DNA from: an uncultured delta proteobacterium
GTDB taxonomy: Bacteria > Desulfobacterota > RBG-13-43-22
Length of the DNA stretch: 64,000 nucleotides
NCBI GenBank assembly: GCA_963802945.1
Contig: CAWDKY010000014.1
Span: 32,001 to 96,000 of the forward strand
Direction: 5' to 3'
Part shown: piece by piece, positions 8,977 to 20,792 of the stretch
Position numbering within the stretch: the stretch's first letter is position 1
Layout: each line of letters begins with the position of its first letter
Made by a program: the position numbers and the translations under genes
Notes under the pieces: model-generated
Databases searched by the model: none
What the model was told of the DNA's origin: nothing
Seen by the model: the letters and a program-made list of their open reading frames with translations, nothing else

Positions 8977-10137
8977 ATGAATCGAATGGAAAAAACCGCG
9001 GACATCGTCATCATCGGCGGCGGGATCATCGGGACGAGCATCGCCTTTCATCTGGCCCGGAAAAAGACCAAAGGGGTCGTGCTCCTGGAAAAGGGTATGC
9101 TGGGTGAAGGGTCCACGGCCAAATGCGCCGGGGGTATACGGTCCCAATTCTCTACGGAGATCAACATCCGCTTCTCTCTGGAGAGTTTGAACTTCTGGAA
9201 CCATTTTCAAGAAATCATGGGGACTGAGCTTTATTTTAAAAAAGTCGGCTACCTTTTCTTGGCTGCCAGCGAAGACGAGTGGGCCATATTTAAAAACAAT
9301 TCGGACCTCCAGCACCAATTCGGAATCCCCGTGGAACTTCTATCCCCCCAAGAAATTCAATACCGCTGGCCCTATCTGCGGGTGGATGATCTTAAGGGGG
9401 GAACTTTTTGTACCTGGGACGGATACGCCGGGCCTTACGAAGCCCTGAGCGGCTTCACCCGGGGGGCGAGGGCCGGCGGGGTAAAAATCTTTGAGCAGAC
9501 CGAAGTCCTCCAGATTCTGCGAAACAAGAACCAGGTGACCGGCGTTCGGACTTCTCGGGGTGATATTGCTTCGCCCATCGTAGTCAATGCGGCCGGCCCC
9601 TTCGCCGGTGAGGTGGGCAAACGGGCCGGGGCCGACGTGCCGGTTCAACCTTTTCGCCGGCAGCTATTCTTCACCGGGCCATTCCCCCACATTCCCGATC
9701 CCATTCCTCTGGTCATCGACTTTCACCAGGGCTGGTATTTCCGAAGAGAGGGAGCGGGTTTGTTGATTTCCGGGCCCAAGGACGCATTCCCTTCCTTTAA
9801 TCTGAACGTGGATTATGAGGCCATGGTGGAGGTGGCCGGAAACTCCATGCACCGGGTGCCTATCATGGAGAAGGCGGCCATTGACCGCGGCTGGGCCGGG
9901 TCTTACGAGATCTCTCCCGATAACCAGGCCATATTGGGAGAATTTCCCGGATTGAGAGGCTTCTTCCTGGCCAATGGCTTCAGCGGCCACGGCTTCCAGC
10001 ACAGCCCGGCAGTGGGAAAATGCATGGCCGAGCTGATCCTTGGGGAAAAACCTTTCCTCGACATCTCCTGTCTCTCCCTTGAGCGCTTCGCCAAAGGAGA
10101 ATTGATCCGAGAGCCCCTCACCGCCTTCAAAGACTAA
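8977..10137 (+). CDS. FAD-dependent oxidoreductase (D-amino acid oxidase / sarcosine oxidase beta family)
   Basis: IIGGGIIG, GSTAKCAGG, VVNAAG, GFSGHGFQHSPAVG. Confidence 0.9.
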   Translation: MNRMEKTADIVIIGGGIIGTSIAFHLARKKTKGVVLLEKGMLGEGSTAKCAGGIRSQFSTEINIRFSLESLNFWNHFQEIMGTELYFKKVGYLFLAASEDEWAIFKNNSDLQHQFGIPVELLSPQEIQYRWPYLRVDDLKGGTFCTWDGYAGPYEALSGFTRGARAGGVKIFEQTEVLQILRNKNQVTGVRTSRGDIASPIVVNAAGPFAGEVGKRAGADVPVQPFRRQLFFTGPFPHIPDPIPLVIDFHQGWYFRREGAGLLISGPKDAFPSFNLNVDYEAMVEVAGNSMHRVPIMEKAAIDRGWAGSYEISPDNQAILGEFPGLRGFFLANGFSGHGFQHSPAVGKCMAELILGEKPFLDISCLSLERFAKGELIREPLTAFKD

Positions 10138-10550
10138 GCGGGTCCTGGATTAAACCGTATGGAGGGTGGCGGGGAATTTAGGGTCCTATTGACTTCATGT
10201 TCCCTTTTGAGCTTTGAGCTAAATTTTTGCCCCGCAAGGCAAAAATTAGTTGACTTTCCCCCTTTTTCCTTTTATTTTCTTACTATTATCTTTGGGCTTT
10301 CAGTCTTGAGGTTAAAGTTTTTTTTCGCCGAACGACCCTGTCCCTCGCAGGCGCCGCACGACGAACGTTTTTTAAACCCTCTCATCCTTAAGTTGTGAAG
10401 TTCATATTTCTTGGCCTGTTGAATGAGGTTCTTCGGCCAAGGGCCGGTTGAATGGATAGCTGAACAGATAATCCTTATTTATAAATATAAAAAAATAGCC
10501 CGATGTAATGATGTTACGAACTTCTTCAAAAGAAAGGAGGTTATTCCATT

Positions 10551-11204
10551 ATGTTCTGCTCAAATTGCGGCACAAGGATTGAAGAGGAGGTGAAATTTTG
10601 CCCTAATTGTGGCAATGGAATCGGCAGCAGCGGACTTCAAACAACTAAATCCTCTTATGGTGTGGTTGACGCTGATAGCCCGTTTAGAATTCAAGGGGAA
10701 AAAAGGGAAAAATTCTCTTCAAGCCCGGCTGCCATCAGCGATATGGATAAATTGAATCTTTTTCTTTTGGTAGGGGGTCTCTGTTATTTTATCGGGTTTT
10801 TTCTGTCCTGGGTAGAGGTTATGTCGGCTCCCCTTTCAGGTTTGGATATAATCAAAACATCTTCTGGACTATATCAGGTTTTGTCTTTGGTTCTTTTATT
10901 TTTCCCTATTGGCGGAGGATTTATTATCTATTATTTTTTTACAAAGAATCCCCGCCTAAGAAGACTATCGTATCTTAGCTGGATCATTCCTATATTATGT
11001 ATCATTATAATTATAATATTAATTATAATAGCCACGGCCTTTCCGGAGGATTTCGATATAAAATCAGCATTTGAAATGATGATGGGGCAAAAGTTTAGCG
11101 ATTTTTTCAGTATCTTTGAGTTTATTGGCCTTGGTATATACGTGATCATTGCAGGAATGATTTGCCTCATGATAGGAACTGGTAAAAAGAGGCCTTCTTT
11201 CTGA
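10551..11204 (+). CDS. Zinc-ribbon domain membrane protein
   Basis: N-terminal CSNCG...FCPNCG and four hydrophobic segments; RBS GGAGG. Confidence 0.8.
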   Translation: MFCSNCGTRIEEEVKFCPNCGNGIGSSGLQTTKSSYGVVDADSPFRIQGEKREKFSSSPAAISDMDKLNLFLLVGGLCYFIGFFLSWVEVMSAPLSGLDIIKTSSGLYQVLSLVLLFFPIGGGFIIYYFFTKNPRLRRLSYLSWIIPILCIIIIIILIIIATAFPEDFDIKSAFEMMMGQKFSDFFSIFEFIGLGIYVIIAGMICLMIGTGKKRPSF

Positions 11205-11722
11205 AACGGGTCATGGTTTGAAGTCAAATACTTTTAAGCAGAATGACCGGCCTAGGCAAAAATCACTAACGATAGCTAATAAAGGATGATTTCCCAATAG
11301 GGTCTGACAAAACATTACCTTGGAATAATGAATCCGTTGTGAAAAGGGGTCTAGTCTGCTCTTGACTATTTGTGGAAAATTGGACCCCATTTTCTTTTTC
11401 CCATAATTGATAAACGCTCAACCCCGACTTTTTTCTTTTAAGCCTATTTTTAACCTGGGACTTTGTCCTTTTTCCTTTATCTCTCCTGCCTCAGTTCTCC
11501 CATGGTTCGGCCTTTCCGCCCTTTGGTTTGGTCGCTGAACGACGAAGGATGAACACCAAACGTCTTTTACTTTTCCCTTGACTTACCCCCTTCCCCCCTT
11601 TATTTATTTATAATATCTTTAGCTTTTTTTATTTTCGTCGAAGGCCGAACGTTTTTTACAGCCTTTCCCACTTATTTGTGAGGTTAATATTTCTTTTTTA
11701 TTTTCTAACAGGAGGACAGGCT

Positions 11723-12241
11723 ATGAAAGAAACACCCGATTATGAAAAGTATCCGGTCAGTGAAGAGGAAATGGGTAAACGGTATAAGAACTGGACAGAG
11801 ACTTTGGCCCGGCAGATGGTTGTCTTATTTCGAGTCGGAAAAGAGGTCGGCGGGGAGAAATTTATTGAGCGTCTGAAAGAAGAGTATTACAAAGACGGCC
11901 AGAAAGGCGCCAAGATGTGGATGCGCATGACGGGAACCACCCCGGAAGATTTTCACGACTGTATGGCCCTGCCCAAGGTGCACGACTTGATCGACGATAC
12001 TTATGCCAATTATTGGGACGGGTATGTCCAGCATACGCCAAAAGCCTTTGAGAAAGAACTCAAAACCTGCCCGGTGGCGAAGACTTGGTCCAGGGAACCG
12101 GATATATGCGGCATCCTGTTGGGGTCATCGATGAAGGGCATGGCAGAGTCGCTGAATCCGAAGTTCAAGGCCAGCGGCTTTACGAAATTGCTGCCCAAAG
12201 GGGACAATTGCTGCCGGTTCTGCATTTCATTGGAAGATTAG
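11723..12241 (+). CDS. L-2-amino-thiazoline-4-carboxylate hydrolase-like / V4R-like protein
   Basis: CPVAKTW...C...LNP...L.KGDNCCRF pattern; RBS GGAGG before ATG 11723. Confidence 0.65.
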   Translation: MKETPDYEKYPVSEEEMGKRYKNWTETLARQMVVLFRVGKEVGGEKFIERLKEEYYKDGQKGAKMWMRMTGTTPEDFHDCMALPKVHDLIDDTYANYWDGYVQHTPKAFEKELKTCPVAKTWSREPDICGILLGSSMKGMAESLNPKFKASGFTKLLPKGDNCCRFCISLED

Positions 12242-12293
12242 TGAAGTGGCAGGAAGCCACGTTTTACATCATGAAACTTAGGAGGGAATAGAA

Positions 12294-13274
12294 ATGGCAA
12301 AGATCAATACCGTCCTTGGCCCGATTGATCCAGAGTCCCTGGGTCTCACCTTAGCCCACGAGCATATTATTGCCGGATATCCCGGATGGGAGTGCGATCC
12401 GTTGTCCAGGCCCTATAATCGGGAAAAAATTGTTAACGTTTGTCTGAGAAATCTCGAATCGGTGAAGGCCTATGGTGTCAATGCCATTGTTGATGCCACG
12501 CCTCTCGATCTGTCCAGGGATGTCGATGTGATGAGGGATGTTTCAGAAAGACTCCAGGTTCATATCGTCTGTTCCACAGGCCGGTATACGGAAAATGAGG
12601 GCAAATGGATCTATCTTCGGCAGAGAGAGAGAAGCAAAATCGGCGAGATGAAGACCGAGCTCTATGAAGGCTTTATGCAGGAACTGACTTGCGGCATTGG
12701 TCAAAGCGGTATCAGGCCGGGTGTCATTAAGGTAGCGTCGGGATTGAATTGTATCTCGCTGTGCGAGGAAGCAACGCTGAGGGCGGCGGCTCAAGCCAGC
12801 AAAGAAACTGGTGCGCCCATTATGACCCACACCGAAGGTGGAACGATGGGACCGGAGCAGGCCGATCTGCTTATTGGTGAAGGCGTGAGTCCGCAAAAGA
12901 TCATGATTGGCCATATGTGCGGCAATCCTTCCTTGGCCTATCAGATGGAGGTGTTGGGCAGAGGGGTCTACATGGCCTTCGATCGGTTCGGTATCGAGAT
13001 GTTTGTTCCGGATCAGGTACGCATCGCCGTACTGATCGGTCTGTTGGGGATGGGCTATGCCGACCGCATCATGATGTCCCAAGATTTCACGGCTTGCGGC
13101 TATGGCCGGGGCGGCAGGCTGCCTGCAGAAGAGGCCAAAAAAGTTGGCGTTAACTGGTCCTTTACGAATATCTTTCGCAACATCATACCGGCCCTCAAGA
13201 AGGCTGGCATAAGCAGTGACCAGATCAAAACCATGACGATTGACAATCCAAGGCGCTTTTTGAGCGGCCTTTAG
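12294..13274 (+). CDS. Phosphotriesterase-family amidohydrolase
   Basis: INTVLGPI, LGLTLAHEH, IVDATP, GVIKVA, THT, GH, FDRFG, SQD, DNPRR. Confidence 0.9.
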   Translation: MAKINTVLGPIDPESLGLTLAHEHIIAGYPGWECDPLSRPYNREKIVNVCLRNLESVKAYGVNAIVDATPLDLSRDVDVMRDVSERLQVHIVCSTGRYTENEGKWIYLRQRERSKIGEMKTELYEGFMQELTCGIGQSGIRPGVIKVASGLNCISLCEEATLRAAAQASKETGAPIMTHTEGGTMGPEQADLLIGEGVSPQKIMIGHMCGNPSLAYQMEVLGRGVYMAFDRFGIEMFVPDQVRIAVLIGLLGMGYADRIMMSQDFTACGYGRGGRLPAEEAKKVGVNWSFTNIFRNIIPALKKAGISSDQIKTMTIDNPRRFLSGL

Positions 13275-13436
13275 AGGACCCATTACCCGTTTTAAAGCAT
13301 TGGGTTAACAATTGTTGTGGATTTCTAAGTGAGGAATTTATGGTAACACCTTAGTAAATATGCTACGTCTTCCTTTTGAATTTTACTGTTCAATGAAATA
13401 GGGATAAATAGTCAGATCAAAGAAGAGGCACATCCT

Positions 13437-13745
13437 ATGAGGAAATGTAAGATTACGGTATTGGAAACCCAATTTAACGAAAAGCTTGCCAAAGAGTATG
13501 GCGTCGAAAATATTGGCCCATGCCCATTCCATAAAGTTGGGCAGATTTTTGAGGCGGGTTATGCAAAACCCGAGGGCTTTTGCGACGAAGCCTGGAAAGC
13601 GGTATCGCATTACGTATTCGCCCTGGTGCATGGCGCTCAGGGTACATTCTACGGCAATCGTTGGGTGCGGCAGGAAGGCGTCTCCATCAATAGTTGTAAT
13701 GACGGGCTCCGCCCCGTTATTTTCAAACTCGAGCGGGCCGATTAA
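13437..13745 (+). CDS. TIGR04076-like small Cys-containing protein
   Basis: CKITV...CPFHKVGQ...PEGFCDEAW...SCNDGLRPVIFKLER. Confidence 0.75.
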   Translation: MRKCKITVLETQFNEKLAKEYGVENIGPCPFHKVGQIFEAGYAKPEGFCDEAWKAVSHYVFALVHGAQGTFYGNRWVRQEGVSINSCNDGLRPVIFKLERAD

Positions 13746-14084
13746 GAAAAAGGATATTAACAGGTGCTGAAAAAAGACTCATCGATGGATTCCAAAAATG
13801 GAGATTGATAATAAAATATTTTAAAGGAAAGAGGAAAAGAGAAATGAGCTCAATTAAATCCAATGGCGAAGAGTTCCGCGAACCAGACTTTGTTTAATAA
13901 TTTCGCATTTGCGGGGAACCCGCTGCCCGCAGGAAGAAAAATATCCCCAAGTGGTTATGACGATAAGCTTTATACCCACCCCACACCCCGTGTCGTAAAA
14001 GACTGATTGATTTAATTATTTTCCCCATGATATAATCCATACAATTTAGTCTTGGTAAGATAAAAGAGACTACTGGAATGCACT

Positions 14085-16098
14085 ATGAAAATTTTCAGTG
14101 GATTGACGAATAAATTATTTAAATTAAATTTGCAAAACCGTATCGTCGTGGGATCCATGATCGCCACGCTGCTGACCGGTTTCGTGGCCACCTTCATAGG
14201 GATATGGACGATCAACAAAAGTACCATAGACGAGGTAAAAAACAGGGTCCGGCAGGACATCAATACGGCAAAATTGATCTATAACCAGACTCTGGATAAG
14301 ATCGCCACCCGTATTCTCTTCACAGCCGAAAGTTCGGATCTTCAGGCGATCATGGTCAACCACGAATACTCCAAGATGGCATTTTTGCGAGGCTTAATCC
14401 GGAATGAACAGAAGACTCCGATTCAAGGCGATGAAATATTCCTGGATATGGTCACGGTGATCGATGGGCGCGGGAACGTCCTCTATCGGGCGGCAAACCC
14501 GGGAGATCAGGGGAGACAATATGCTCTGGCTGCCGGTGGCAAAAAAATGTCTGGAAAACAAATCACCGCAATTATCCACCGAACTCCTGCCTATTAACAA
14601 GATCCTCAGGGAGAATCCGAGTCTCATTGATCGAGCCACCATGGAAATCATCAAAATACCACTCTCTTATGACACCCAAGAGAAACAATTGTCCGACGGT
14701 ATGGTGATGATGGCGGCCTATCCCCTCTTTGATAAGGATAATAAATTGATGGGGGCCATCATGGGGGGGGTTCTCCTGAATAAAGACAATACTATCGTGG
14801 ACAAAGTCAAAGAAACCGTATATCAGGGGGAAAAATACAAAGGCCGAGATATGGGTGTGGCCACGATATTTCAGGGTGGTGTTAGAATATCGACCAACGT
14901 CATGACCAAAGAAAACAAGAGGGCTATCGGCACGACCTTGTCCAAGGAGGTCTATGACCGGGTCATCGTACAGGGCCGAGATTGGGTGGGCAGGGCCTTT
15001 GTGGTCGATGACTGGTATATCACCACTTACACTCCGATTTACAATATGAATAAGAATCTCATTGGGGTCCTCTATGTCGGTCTGTTGGAGTCCAAATACA
15101 GGGATATCCGCTGGAATATGATATGGATCAACACCAGTATCACCGGTCTGGCCGTGGTGATTGCCTTTATCATTTCTGTTTTCCTGACTAATACGATCGT
15201 CAAAAGGATACGTATATTGAAGGAAGCCGCGGAAGCTATCGCTGCCGGTAATTTAGACTATCAACTGCCTCCCGATAAAATCTCCGGATTCGACATGCTG
15301 GATGAGGCCTTCAATTTTATGTCCAAGTCCTTGAAAGACCAGAATGAAAAGCTGCACAAGGCCTACCTTCAACTGGCCGGAACAGAAAAATTGACCGCCC
15401 TGGGTGAAATGGCCTCGGGGGTCGCCCATGAAGTCAACAACCCCCTCGGGGGGATCCTCCTTTACAGCAATCTCGTTCTCGAAGATATTCCGGAGGATTC
15501 CCCGGCCCGGGAAAACATGCAGAAAATCATCTACCAGACCAACCGTTGCAAAGAAATCGTTCAGAGCCTCCTTGACTTTGCCAGGACACCTACCGGCGAT
15601 ATGGTGCCTCTCAAGATCAATAATGTCGTCAATACTTCTCTTAATCTTATCAAGCAGCAGGCCATGTTCCACGGCATTGAAATTAAGACCAGTCTGTCAG
15701 AGAATCTTCCGGAAATCATCGGGGACAGGGCCAGGTTGGAGGAGGTTTTTCTAAATCTTTTCATCAATGCCGCCGATGCCATGAACGGCAAAGGGTTGCT
15801 GACCATAAAGACAAAACTTACCTCCAATAATTCAATAAAAGTTTTGGTAACGGATACCGGTGAAGGGATAGACAAGGAACACCTTCAGCATATATTCGAA
15901 CCTTTCTTTACGACCAAAGAACCCGGTAAGGGAACAGGCCTGGGACTTTCCATCGTCTACGGCATCATCAAAAAGCATAACGGTCTCATCGAAGCGGAGA
16001 GCGAACCCGGAAAGGGCACGACCTTTATCATTTCCCTTCCCTCCTATATCAGCAAACTCACCGGGCTGGATGGGGATTTTTTTAGTCGATTTTTTTAA
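14085..16098 (+). CDS. Cache/HAMP sensor histidine kinase (frameshift near 14510, probably artefactual)
   Basis: TM + Cache (ATIFQGGVRISTNV, RAIGT) + HAMP + HisKA (AHEVNNP) + HATPase (FEPFFTTK, GTGLGL); frames join at a G run. Confidence 0.85.
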
Positions 16099-16101
16099 TC
16101 T

Positions 16102-17462
16102 ATGAAAAAAGAAGAAAAGCAAATCCCGAAAAAGAAAATCCTCATCATCGATGATGAAGAATCCATACGCGACGGATGCACGCAGGTCTTGTCCCGGAAA
16201 GGCTTCCAGGTTGAAAGTACCGGCGATGCCCTTTTGGGGCAGGAGATGGCCCTCAAGAATATTTATGATGTCATCCTGCTGGACATCCGGATGCCCAAAA
16301 TGGATGGTTTGGAAATTCTCAAGAAGCTCAAAGTCGAAAAAAACATCTCGGCCAAAGTCATCATCATTACCGGTTATGGCAGCATACCGATGGCGGTCGA
16401 GGCGATGAGACAAGGCGCCTTCAATTTTCTCAGCAAGCCTTACTCGGCAGCGGCATCTGAGAGGGGCGGTTGAAGAGGCTTTGAGGCAGTTTGATGGGGG
16501 CGGAGTAGAAAAAGGACTTTCCGTATTAATCGGCAGCAGCGACTACATGAAAGAGCTCAAAGAATCCATTGGTAGAATTGCCCATACCGACAGCACCGTT
16601 CTCATTACCGGAGAGAGCGGGACAGGCAAGGAACTGGTCGCTCGCACCATCCACAACCTCAGCAAAAGGGGTGATCAGCCGTTTATTCCCGTTGACTGTT
16701 CTTCGCTGGTGGAGACCCTCATGGAAAGCGAACTTTTCGGACATGTCAAGGGGGCCTACAGCGGGGCCACCGAATCACGGGAGGGCCGCTTTCAGATGGC
16801 TGACAAGGGCACCTTGTTTTTAGATGAGATTTCCAACATCAACCTCAACATACAGGCCAAACTGCTTAGGGTGATCCAGGAGCAGGAAGTGCCCAAAGTT
16901 GGCCGATCGTCGCCCGAGAAGATCGATGTCAGGCTGATCACCGCCACCAATAAAGACATCAGATCGAAATTGATTCCGGCAGGTTCAGGGAGGATCTATT
17001 TTACAGGATTTCCGTTGTGCCGCTCCATATAAAGCCATTGTGTGAACATAAAGCCGATATTCTGCCTATTGCCCAGCATTACCTGGAGATATTCATTGCC
17101 AAGTACGAAAGCAGGTAAGAGGCTTCTCAGAAGAAGCCAAAAAATCCCTGGTCGCTTATCGCTGGCCGGGCAATGTCCGGGAGTTGAAGAATACCATAGA
17201 ACGCCTCTGTGTACTCTGCGACCATGAGGTCGTCGACCTTTCCGATATATTCTATTACGGTCAAAACGATCATAGCAAGGCCTCTGTTTTGGATTCTATG
17301 ACCGGCAGGATGACCCTGATCGATGTGGAAAAAGAACATATCGTCAAAGCCCTGCGCCACTTTCACTACCAGATCAACAAGACGGCTCAATTCCTGGGCA
17401 TTGACAGGAAGACCCTTCGGATAAAGATGCGTAATTACGGCATCAATATTGAGGAACCGTAA
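16102..17462 (+). CDS. NtrC-family sigma54-dependent response regulator (several frameshifts)
   Basis: Receiver (IIDDE, LLDIRMP), AAA+ (GESGTGKE, ESELFGH, LFLDEI, WPGNVREL) and Fis-HTH (TAQFLGIDRKTL) spread over consecutive ORFs. Confidence 0.85.
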
Positions 17463-17907
17463 AACCGCCAATCCCTATGGCAGCAACATTATATTGATTT
17501 ACTACCGCATTAACTGCCTTTAAATCAAAAAAGAAATTTTTTATCCCACCCGGCCAGAAAAGTTAAGTTTGATTCGAGGCAGGCCGGGATGTCCCTCCGG
17601 TCCCCTAAGCCGATTTCGGGCATGGTGTCGGCCTGCTTTCAACATCAAGTTCATGTTGGGACCCGGCAAAGTCCCGCCTCTGGCGGGATTGGCTTATGGG
17701 TGGAGAGCTTAAAAAAACAAGACCCCCCGATGACCCTGACCTGGAATGTTAGAGTTAAATTCTCAGATCAGAGAGTGTAAGAACCCAATAAACCGATATT
17801 TTAATTCAGGGGGCTATCCGCCTCACCAACGGGGATTTTTACCCCTTATATATGGTTTTTTTGTCTTATCTATAAAAATCTTATTAAAATATCATGAGGT
17901 TACAATC

Positions 17908-17923
17908 TGGCATCATCATTGCT
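17908..17923 (+). promoter_or_regulatory. Sigma54 (-24/-12) promoter
   Basis: TGGCAT-CATCA-TTGCT matches TGGCAC-N5-TTGCW spacing, upstream of the response regulator at 17957. Confidence 0.75.
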
Positions 17924-17956
17924 TATATCTATTATTAAATAAAAAAATGGAGGTGA

Positions 17957-18352
17957 ATGACCATGGCAGCAAAGAAAAAAATTCTCTTAATCGACGATGA
18001 CAAAGATTTTCTCTTTGCCACCAAGCTTATCCTTGAAAAAGGTGGGTATGAGGTGTTTATGGCCGAAGACGGGAAAACCGGCGTGGAGATGTGGAAATCC
18101 GTATCTCCGGACTTGGCCATCATTGATATGATGATGGAGACCTGGGGTGAAGGATTCTCGGTACTGAATAAAATTCGGGCCACCGATACGGGAAAGAATA
18201 CACCGCTATTTATGTTGAGTGCCGTTGACCTCCAGGGCCCCTATCAGTCATTTGAAGCGCCCGAGAATTTTCCCAAGGTAAACAAGGTGCTGCATAAACC
18301 CGTGAAGGCGGAAGACCTTCTCCGGTTCATTGCCCATGAACTGGGTGCCTAG
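17957..18352 (+). CDS. Single-domain response regulator
   Basis: LLIDDD, PDLAIIDMMM, KP. Confidence 0.88.
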   Translation: MTMAAKKKILLIDDDKDFLFATKLILEKGGYEVFMAEDGKTGVEMWKSVSPDLAIIDMMMETWGEGFSVLNKIRATDTGKNTPLFMLSAVDLQGPYQSFEAPENFPKVNKVLHKPVKAEDLLRFIAHELGA

Positions 18353-18359
18353 TGATGCG

Positions 18360-19486
18360 ATGAAAAATGAAAAGCCGCTGATTTTAATAATCGATGATGA
18401 GGAATCCTTACGGGACGGGTGCAGGCAGTCGCTGGAAAAATCCGGATATTCCGTTATAACCACCGGGGAGGGAGTTGAAGGCATCAAGATCGCCCGGGAG
18501 AATAAACCGGAAATTGCCTTTGTGGATCTCAAGATGCCGGGTATCTCGGGGATGGAAATCATTGATATCCTGTCTAAAGAGATCCCCGACATCGTACTGA
18601 TTATGATCACCGGATACGCGACGATTTTATCCGCAGTGGAAGCCATACAGAAAGGGGCCTACGATTACCTTCCCAAACCCTTCAGCCCGGATCAATTGAG
18701 GAGCGTCGCCAGGCGAGGCCTCGATCATCGCACACTCAAGATGGAAACCAGAAGACTGAGGGAAGAAAAGGAGCAGATGGAGAAAATCTTCATCACCTTT
18801 GTCAGCCACGAAATGCGTTCCCCCCTCGTCGTTATTCGACAATATATCGAATCCCTGAAAGCCATTGCCGGTGATCGCTTTGATAAAGACGTCACCGAGA
18901 TCATAGAAAGGTGCGGCATACGCATCCAAGGTCTTGAAGAACTCATTGAACACTGGCTGGATATAGCCGGATAGAAGCCGGTACCTTTGTTCAAAAGAAA
19001 GAGACCCTAAGCTTGTCTCACATTCTGGCCAGGATTGAAGAAGAAATGAACCCCGTTTGTAAGGCGAAAGGAATTGGTCTGGAAATCAATGTGCCGGATA
19101 AGCTGCTGGATATCATCGGGGACGAGGAAAGCCTGGTGCGAGTGTTTACCAATATCATAGGCAATGCAACCAAATACACTCCCCAGGGCGGGAAAATAAC
19201 CATATCAGCTCAGAGAGAAGACTATTTCATCACCGTTAGTATAGCAGACTCCGGGAGCGGCATTCCCCAGGATAAGCTTCCCTTTATCTTCGAACCTTTT
19301 TTCAGGGTGAAGGGTAAGGATGAACGCCAGGAAGGCTCCGGTCTCGGCCTTACCTTCTGTAAAAAAATTATGGAATCTCATGGAGGGGAAATCTCGGCCG
19401 CCTCAAAGGAAGGAGAAGGCACAACATTCATGCTGAAGATCCCTGCTCGTTTGTCCGCAACGGGAGTTTCTCAAACGTCTTCTTAA
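18360..19486 (+). CDS. Receiver-histidine kinase hybrid (frameshift near 18965)
   Basis: Receiver + SHEMRSP, then NIIGNATKY, DSGSG, GSGLGL in the next frame. Confidence 0.82.
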
Positions 19487-19689
19487 GCTAAAGGATGTGC
19501 ATAAAAACTTAAATGGCCTTCATGATGATATTGGCTGGTGTAATGCGGGTGAGCCGAAGCCTTGAACACTTTGAAGGGGAAGAAAAACATTAGGGTTCCC
19601 TTTTTCAAGGGAATGATGTTATAATTGTCAAGGTTCGCCTGCACTAAGGGGCATGGTGATTAATATTATAATTTACACGATATTAAACT

Positions 19690-19896
19690 ATGCAGTACGA
19701 TGACGAAAATTCTTACAGGTTTCACGAGAAAGACGCCCCTGACCGGTGTTTCATTTGTAAGGAAGTGATTCCGGAACTTATGGTCTTTCGCCACATCGAA
19801 AGCATGATGCTGGTTCACATCTGCCGGGACTGCATCTATGAAAATATCGCCGATTATCTCCTGGATAATACCAGACCCTGGACCGGAGATAAGTAG
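19690..19896 (+). CDS. Small putative zinc-binding protein
   Basis: CFIC...HICRDC; 68 aa. Confidence 0.6.
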   Translation: MQYDDENSYRFHEKDAPDRCFICKEVIPELMVFRHIESMMLVHICRDCIYENIADYLLDNTRPWTGDK

Positions 19897-20250
19897 ATAT
19901 TCGGGTAATTACGTTTGACCCAAGAATGAAAAATTTCAAGATTCTCCCCCCTGGTTTAAAATTAAGCGGTTTTTAGGGTAGCTCTTCTCAGCGGGATTAG
20001 GTGGTCCAAATCCTCAGCCTCGATTTTTCTCATCTTTATACCCTCTCCAGACGTTTGGTGATCTCAGTGAGCGCCTCTCTCGAAGGCCGCTCCTTAAAAG
20101 GTTTGATAGATCGTATCCTATAAGCCTGGCCTTACATCAGACTCGATTGGACTATAGGATATAACTATAGGATATAACTTGCCCCTATTGGAGAGATATG
20201 CTACTATTCCCAAAAAGATTATTATGGCAGAAATTTTAAAGGGGGAAATC

Positions 20251-20679
20251 ATGGCTTCGGTAAATAAGGTTATTTTGATCGGAAACCTCGGGGCTGATCC
20301 GGAACTGCGTTATACGGCCACAGGAACGGCAGTAGCCAATTTTAACCTGGCCACCCGGGATAACTGGACCAGTAAAGACGGGAACAAGGAAGAACGTACC
20401 GAATGGCATCGGATCGTAGCCTGGGGACGTTTAGGGGAAATCTGCGGTGAGTATCTGGTCAAAGGCAAGCAGGTTTATATCGAAGGCAAGCTGCGCACCC
20501 GAAGCTGGGAAGACCGGGACGGGAATAAACGCTATACCACCGAAGTCCTGGCCCAGACCATGCAGATGTTGGGACCGGCCGGGGAACGGGTTTCTTCTGA
20601 AAGGGAAGTAGGAAACAAAGATTTCGGCAGCGAACCGCAGGGTGGAGGGCCCTTTCCCGAAGAGGACATTCCTTTTTAA
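20251..20679 (+). CDS. ssb: Single-stranded DNA-binding protein
   Basis: [25 protein letters not shown]-terminal EEDIPF. Confidence 0.97.
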   Translation: MASVNKVILIGNLGADPELRYTATGTAVANFNLATRDNWTSKDGNKEERTEWHRIVAWGRLGEICGEYLVKGKQVYIEGKLRTRSWEDRDGNKRYTTEVLAQTMQMLGPAGERVSSEREVGNKDFGSEPQGGGPFPEEDIPF

Positions 20680-20792
20680 TACCAAGAACAGCTAAATGCT
20701 GAAAGATCAAAGCAGGAAATATAAAGTTCAGGGAATCCTTTTTTCATGATTCGTGGCCTCCTGCCCCAAGCGGGGCATGAAGGTTGAGTTCG

